Made by a program: the position numbers and the translations under genes. Shown here one piece after another: positions 59,458 through 64,000 of a stretch of 64,000 nucleotides of DNA; the first letter of the stretch is position 1; every line of letters begins with the position of its first letter. Origin of the DNA: Eledone cirrhosa (lineage: Eukaryota). The DNA lies in NCBI GenBank assembly GCA_964016885.1, contig OZ024741.1, positions 213,218,001 to 213,282,000 on the forward strand, written 5' to 3'. The notes beneath the pieces were generated by a model that worked only from the letters and a program-made list of their open reading frames with translations, had not been told where the DNA came from and searched no databases.

Positions 59458-59462
59458 TATAC

Positions 59463-60242
59463 ACAGTTCAAGAGTAACCAATCTTAAAGAGAGAGATTGA
59501 GATAGTAGAGGAGATATGAGAGGAAAGATTGGTGAGTTAGTTAGAAGCCAAAGCGTAAAGGCATGTGCTCAATGTGCAATATGCAGCAGAAAGCAGCTAG
59601 GTGGCTGGGTTCATGCAGAAGTTAGGTGCGCAGAGCTGGAAATATTCATTAGTTAAGCAAAACAAGACCACAAATTTCACAAGGAAGACATTATTAAAAG
59701 ATTGTCAACATATTTAGTTTGATGTAAGGAATGTAGAGAATAATAATAATAATAATATTAATAATAATAATGCCCGTTTACAATTGTTTTGCTACTCCGT
59801 ATAATATTTCTGGATCAGATAACTATGTATCATAATTGATCTGGTTCAGTTGAAAATAATTAACATATTTCAAAGGAATATACATTAAAATAATGTTACA
59901 TAATATAATGTTCCATATATTAGTTTTTACTATGGTGCTTAATATATGGTACTTTATATTATGTAACATTATTTTAATGTATAATCCTTTGAGTTCCGAT
60001 GAGCCACTCTGTTTTTTTAAATATGTTAATTATTTTCAACTGAACCAGATCAATTATGATACATAGTCATCTGATCCAGAAATATTATACGGAGTAGCGA
60101 AACAATTGTAAACGGGCATTATTATTATTAATATTATTATTATTATTATTCTCTACATTCCTTACATCAAACTAAATATGTTGACAATCTTTTAATAATG
60201 TCTTCCTTATGAAATGTGTGGTCTTGTTTTGCGTAACTAATG

Positions 60243-60245
<3 letters not shown>
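59463..60245. mobile_element. Non-coding fold-back HHR element, copy 2; C4-core HHR at 59993-60113 (+)
   Basis: Homolog of 3445-4382 with a different inversion breakpoint. Confidence 0.85.
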
Positions 60246-60282
<37 letters not shown>

Positions 60283-60362
60283 GTAATTCCGGGTTGAGTC
60301 GGAGGTGACCACAGTAAGTAAGGTACTCAATACATTGCAGAGTATAAAAGTTTTAATATAGA

Positions 60363-60475
60363 TGAGATTCTACAGGACTAGAACTGTTTCATTCTTTAGA
60401 AATCATCAGGAATCCCTGAGATTCCTGATGATTTCTATATAAAGAATGAAGCAGTTCCAGTCCTGCAGAATCTCA
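60363..60475. ncRNA. Back-to-back inverted hammerhead pair (60366-60414 on -, 60417-60475 on +)
   Basis: (UGA)GAUUC-CUGAUGA-u-UUC..GAA-u-GAA(A/G)-CAG..CUG-(U/C)A^GAAUC(UCA). Confidence 0.8.
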
Positions 60476-60545
<70 letters not shown>

Positions 60546-60554
60546 TTATCCAAC

Positions 60555-60708
60555 CTGAAACAAGCAGGGAACGGGCACGGCGCGTGTTCTTGAATCCCAT
60601 ACCCGTTAACATTATTATATAAGAAGCTGTCTGATGATGTGATGCCGCTGGGTACACCGAAGCGTGTGGCCACTGTTGTCATTGAAATATGTATCACAGC
60701 TTTATCAT
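60555..60708 (-). CDS. Candidate host exon (..KAVIHISMTTVATRFGVPSGITSSDSFLYNNVNGYGIQEHAPCPFPACF..)
   Basis: Unique GC-richer open frame bounded by tttcAG and CAG|GTtgga; protein not recognised. Confidence 0.5.
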
Positions 60709-61482
60709 CTGAAACTAGTTCGCATTTTTTTATTCTAAATATACTCCGTTTTTCCGATGTGGAAAAATACGTCGAGTGCTTGAACTTGAATTGCATCAAT
60801 GTTGACCGTAAGTATATATATATATATTTATTTATTTATATATATATTGTTATGTCTCTCTCTCTCTCACTCACTCACTCACTCACTCACTCACTCACTC
60901 TCTCTCTCTCTGTATATATATACGCACACATACATACACTATGCTAACCTAATAATTAAGTAAGCCTCCAAATGATACGACCCAGTAACCTTAACATAAA
61001 TGCAACATACAGAGACATTAAAATATATCACAGAAACGTATCATTAATTTATATCACATTAAGCATAACATCACACTATGACCACTATCATAGAAATAGC
61101 GTCATCTAATCATCTGGGTCATCTTCTGAACATATTAAATCGATGAATGCTCGCTTTTCTTTCTATGTTATTTCGTTGTTTTATATACGATTGTAACAGT
61201 TATATAATATAGAACTATGGGTTATATAACAGTTCCAGCTATCCAGCTTTACATGAACCCTGAACTCTCGAAAGATTCTGAGGGGTCAGTGTTTCCCGGG
61301 CGTTTGAGCCTTGTGCTGTCCATTGCTTGTGATCGTAATCTTCATGGCGTATGTTAACGAAGTATTACGTAATATCCCATGTTTCAGAACTGGTCATTTG
61401 CTAATGGCGTGTATCGCGTCATTACGGATAAAGTATGATAAAGTGATACTTAGAATACTTTTCCATAATATCAGTAATATAA

Positions 61483-62292
61483 TTATTTCTACTTTTGGCA
61501 CAAGGCCAGCAATTACTCCATTACATTGCTGGTACTTTATTTTATCGACCCCGTAAGGACGATAGGGAAGGTTAACCTCGGCGGGATTTGAACTCAGACA
61601 GTAAAGAGCCGTAATTCTATGCTACAAAGCATGGCGTCCGACCCTCTACCGAAACTGCCAATATTCCACCGTTATCAATAATATAATGGTTTCTTATATA
61701 GGCACAAGGCCAGCAATTTGGGAGGCGGGGAAAGTCGATTAAATCGACCCCTGTGCGTGACTGGTACTTTATTTTATCGGCCCCGTAAGGATGAAAGGCA
61801 ATGTTAACCTCGGCGGGATTTGAACTCAGACCGTAACGGACCATAACTCTATGCTGCAAGCATGGTGTCCGACGCTCTATCAATTCTGCCAATCCACCGC
61901 TCTTAATATCATTAATATAATTGTTTCTAGTTTTGGCACAAGGCCAGCAATTATCCCAGTGTATTACTGGTACTTTATTTTATCGACCCCGTAAGGATGA
62001 AAGGCAAAGTTAACCATGGCGGGATTTGAACTCAGACCATAAAGGACCGTAACTCTTTACTGCAATGTATGGCGTCCGACCCTTTACCGATACTGCCAAT
62101 CCCCCGCCCGTATATATCCCAGATATAATATAATTTTTTCTACTTTTGGCACAATGCCAGCAATTATCCCAGTGTATTACTGGTACTTTATTTTATCGAC
62201 CCCGTAAGGATGAAAGGCAAAGTTAACCTCGGCGGGATTTGAACTCAGTCCATAAAGGGACGTAACTGTGCTGCATGGCGTCCGACCCTCTA
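61483..62292 (-). mobile_element. Tandem array of four Meta/MESC-like SINEs
   Basis: Four head-to-tail units. Confidence 0.9.
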
Positions 62293-62546
62293 CAAAAGAC
62301 AATGTGGTTTAATCCGTCACGCAAAGGGAAGTCACTCATCTATGTGATATGTATGAGTATATAAATATAACCATATACATATACATAAACATACATTATA
62401 CAAAATAATGATTACATGCACACACATCTATGTGGTGAGTGTGGAAGGAAGGTGGCTGTGACAAACTATAGAAAACAACGAACAGCGTTCGCTACACCTG
62501 TGTTTCTCATAATATAAATGTATACATATGCACACACACACACACA

Positions 62547-62584
<38 letters not shown>

Positions 62585-62765
62585 TACTCACACACATATG
62601 TGTGTGCATGGAATAATTATTTTCTCTAATGAGTCTGTTTATGTGTATGTTTGTGTAGATGTGTGTGTATATGTAATAATTATTTTTAACCAGCGTTCTT
62701 AGATTGGATACACTTTTGTGATTGTCTGAGTGTATGCGAGTCTGAGTGTATGTGTGTGTGAGTGA

Positions 62766-62815
<50 letters not shown>

Positions 62816-62857
62816 CTGTGAGTGTGTGTGTGTATCTATGTCTGCGTGTATGTGTTG

Positions 62858-63725
62858 TCCAAGGAACCAAGTCCCTATGAGATGCCAGTTTGATTTCTGG
62901 TTTGGGCGGATAGCACGGGGCTCAAGCCTTAGGTGTATTTTAAAGATGATGCGAACATGATTTGGGCAATGCTGATAGAATATTTTCCACAGCATGCTGA
63001 TAATGTATTGATCACGGCGGCTATGGAGAGAGTGGAGTTTGAGCTTTCCTGCGCATATCATATATATTTCTGTGATTGACATTTGATGTGCTTCAATTTT
63101 AATACTTGTTTCTACTTTTGGCACAAGGCCAACAATTACCCAGTGTATTACTGGTACTTTATTTTATCGACCCCATAAGGATGAAAGGCAAAGTAAACCT
63201 CGGCGGGATTTGAACTCAGAATGGCAAGGGCCGTATTCAATTTTAATAATACTTTGTATTGTGTGGGGAGACCACAGTGGACAACATTATTCAATGTGGG
63301 GTCGGGAAAAAGTAGAGACGAGAACGATAATGGTATGGATATCTCTCGACTGGAAAGTTCTGAGAATACAGGAACACACCCTGCGGACCAAGTCAACCTT
63401 GCTGTTTATATGAGTGACTCAGCTTACGTTGTTATCAACAATTACTCAATGCTCTCTGATGTTGTTTGATGCCATGAGGGTTTCACACTAGGGAAGGGAA
63501 TGTGAGAGTTTCGGTGTATCCTCTTTTCCAAATTGGATTAATTTGAATTTATCATCATTCAGCAACATATTGTATTATTTTTTATTCGTCCAGTGAATTT
63601 CGGCAAGTAGATCTGATGGAGGACATTTCCAATCTCTCACTCCATTGTTGAGCTTCTGGAGATTGTAATCATCTGCAAATATTCTTATGTTGCTGTGCTT
63701 GATGACGTCAGTAATTTCATTGATC
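62858..63725 (-). mobile_element. CR1/L2-type LINE RT fragment interrupted by a SINE
   Basis: INEITDVIKHSNIRIFADD (FADD at 63668-63679) and RPHIE*CCPLWSPH. Confidence 0.8.
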
Positions 63726-64000
63726 TAAACTATAATAAAGTAAGGAGTGCGTGACTGCGTCTAGAATATAGTTTTTTTTTATCCCGTTTGTAAAATAAGT
63801 TGGATTACTTTGAATAAATAATGAATGAATATTACATAATGTATCTACTAAATTTCATTATTCTTGATTAAATATAAATAATTTTGTGGATTATTTTAAG
63901 GTTCATTTCTTTAAAATTCTCAACTGTCAAAACTTCCGGTTAGCGATCGCTTAAATAAACATTCATATATTTCCGTCACTAATTTTCTCCTAATGCAGTT

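Noticed and set aside
60631-60640. CTGATGA motif
   Set aside because: No helix II or properly placed GAAA; lies antisense within a candidate exon.

Overview
AT-rich, microsatellite-saturated eukaryotic DNA. The SINE families, (TA)n/(CA)n density and retroelement content suggest an octopus/cephalopod genome (inference). Nearly all ORFs in the supplied track are microsatellite artefacts. Real content: four decayed Penelope-like retroelements (PLEs; RT + C-terminal GIY-YIG) plus fragments, an RTE LINE, a CR1-type LINE, an L1/Tx1-type ORF1 relic, a non-autonomous Helitron, three tRNA-derived SINE families (often in tandem arrays), and three candidate host exons. The main hidden signal is about 35 hammerhead-ribozyme (HHR) motifs (intact, variant or decayed) from more than 15 sequence families. 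They sit in PLE pseudo-LTRs and in non-coding, partially tandem or inverted retrozyme-like units inserted into (TA)n. Many have unusual features: U3:A8 or U3:G8 cores, C at position 4, a mismatch at 10.1/11.1, and 60-80 nt insertions in loop II. One ~610-bp family shows helix covariation across three subfamilies. All folds were read by eye; no activity is shown.
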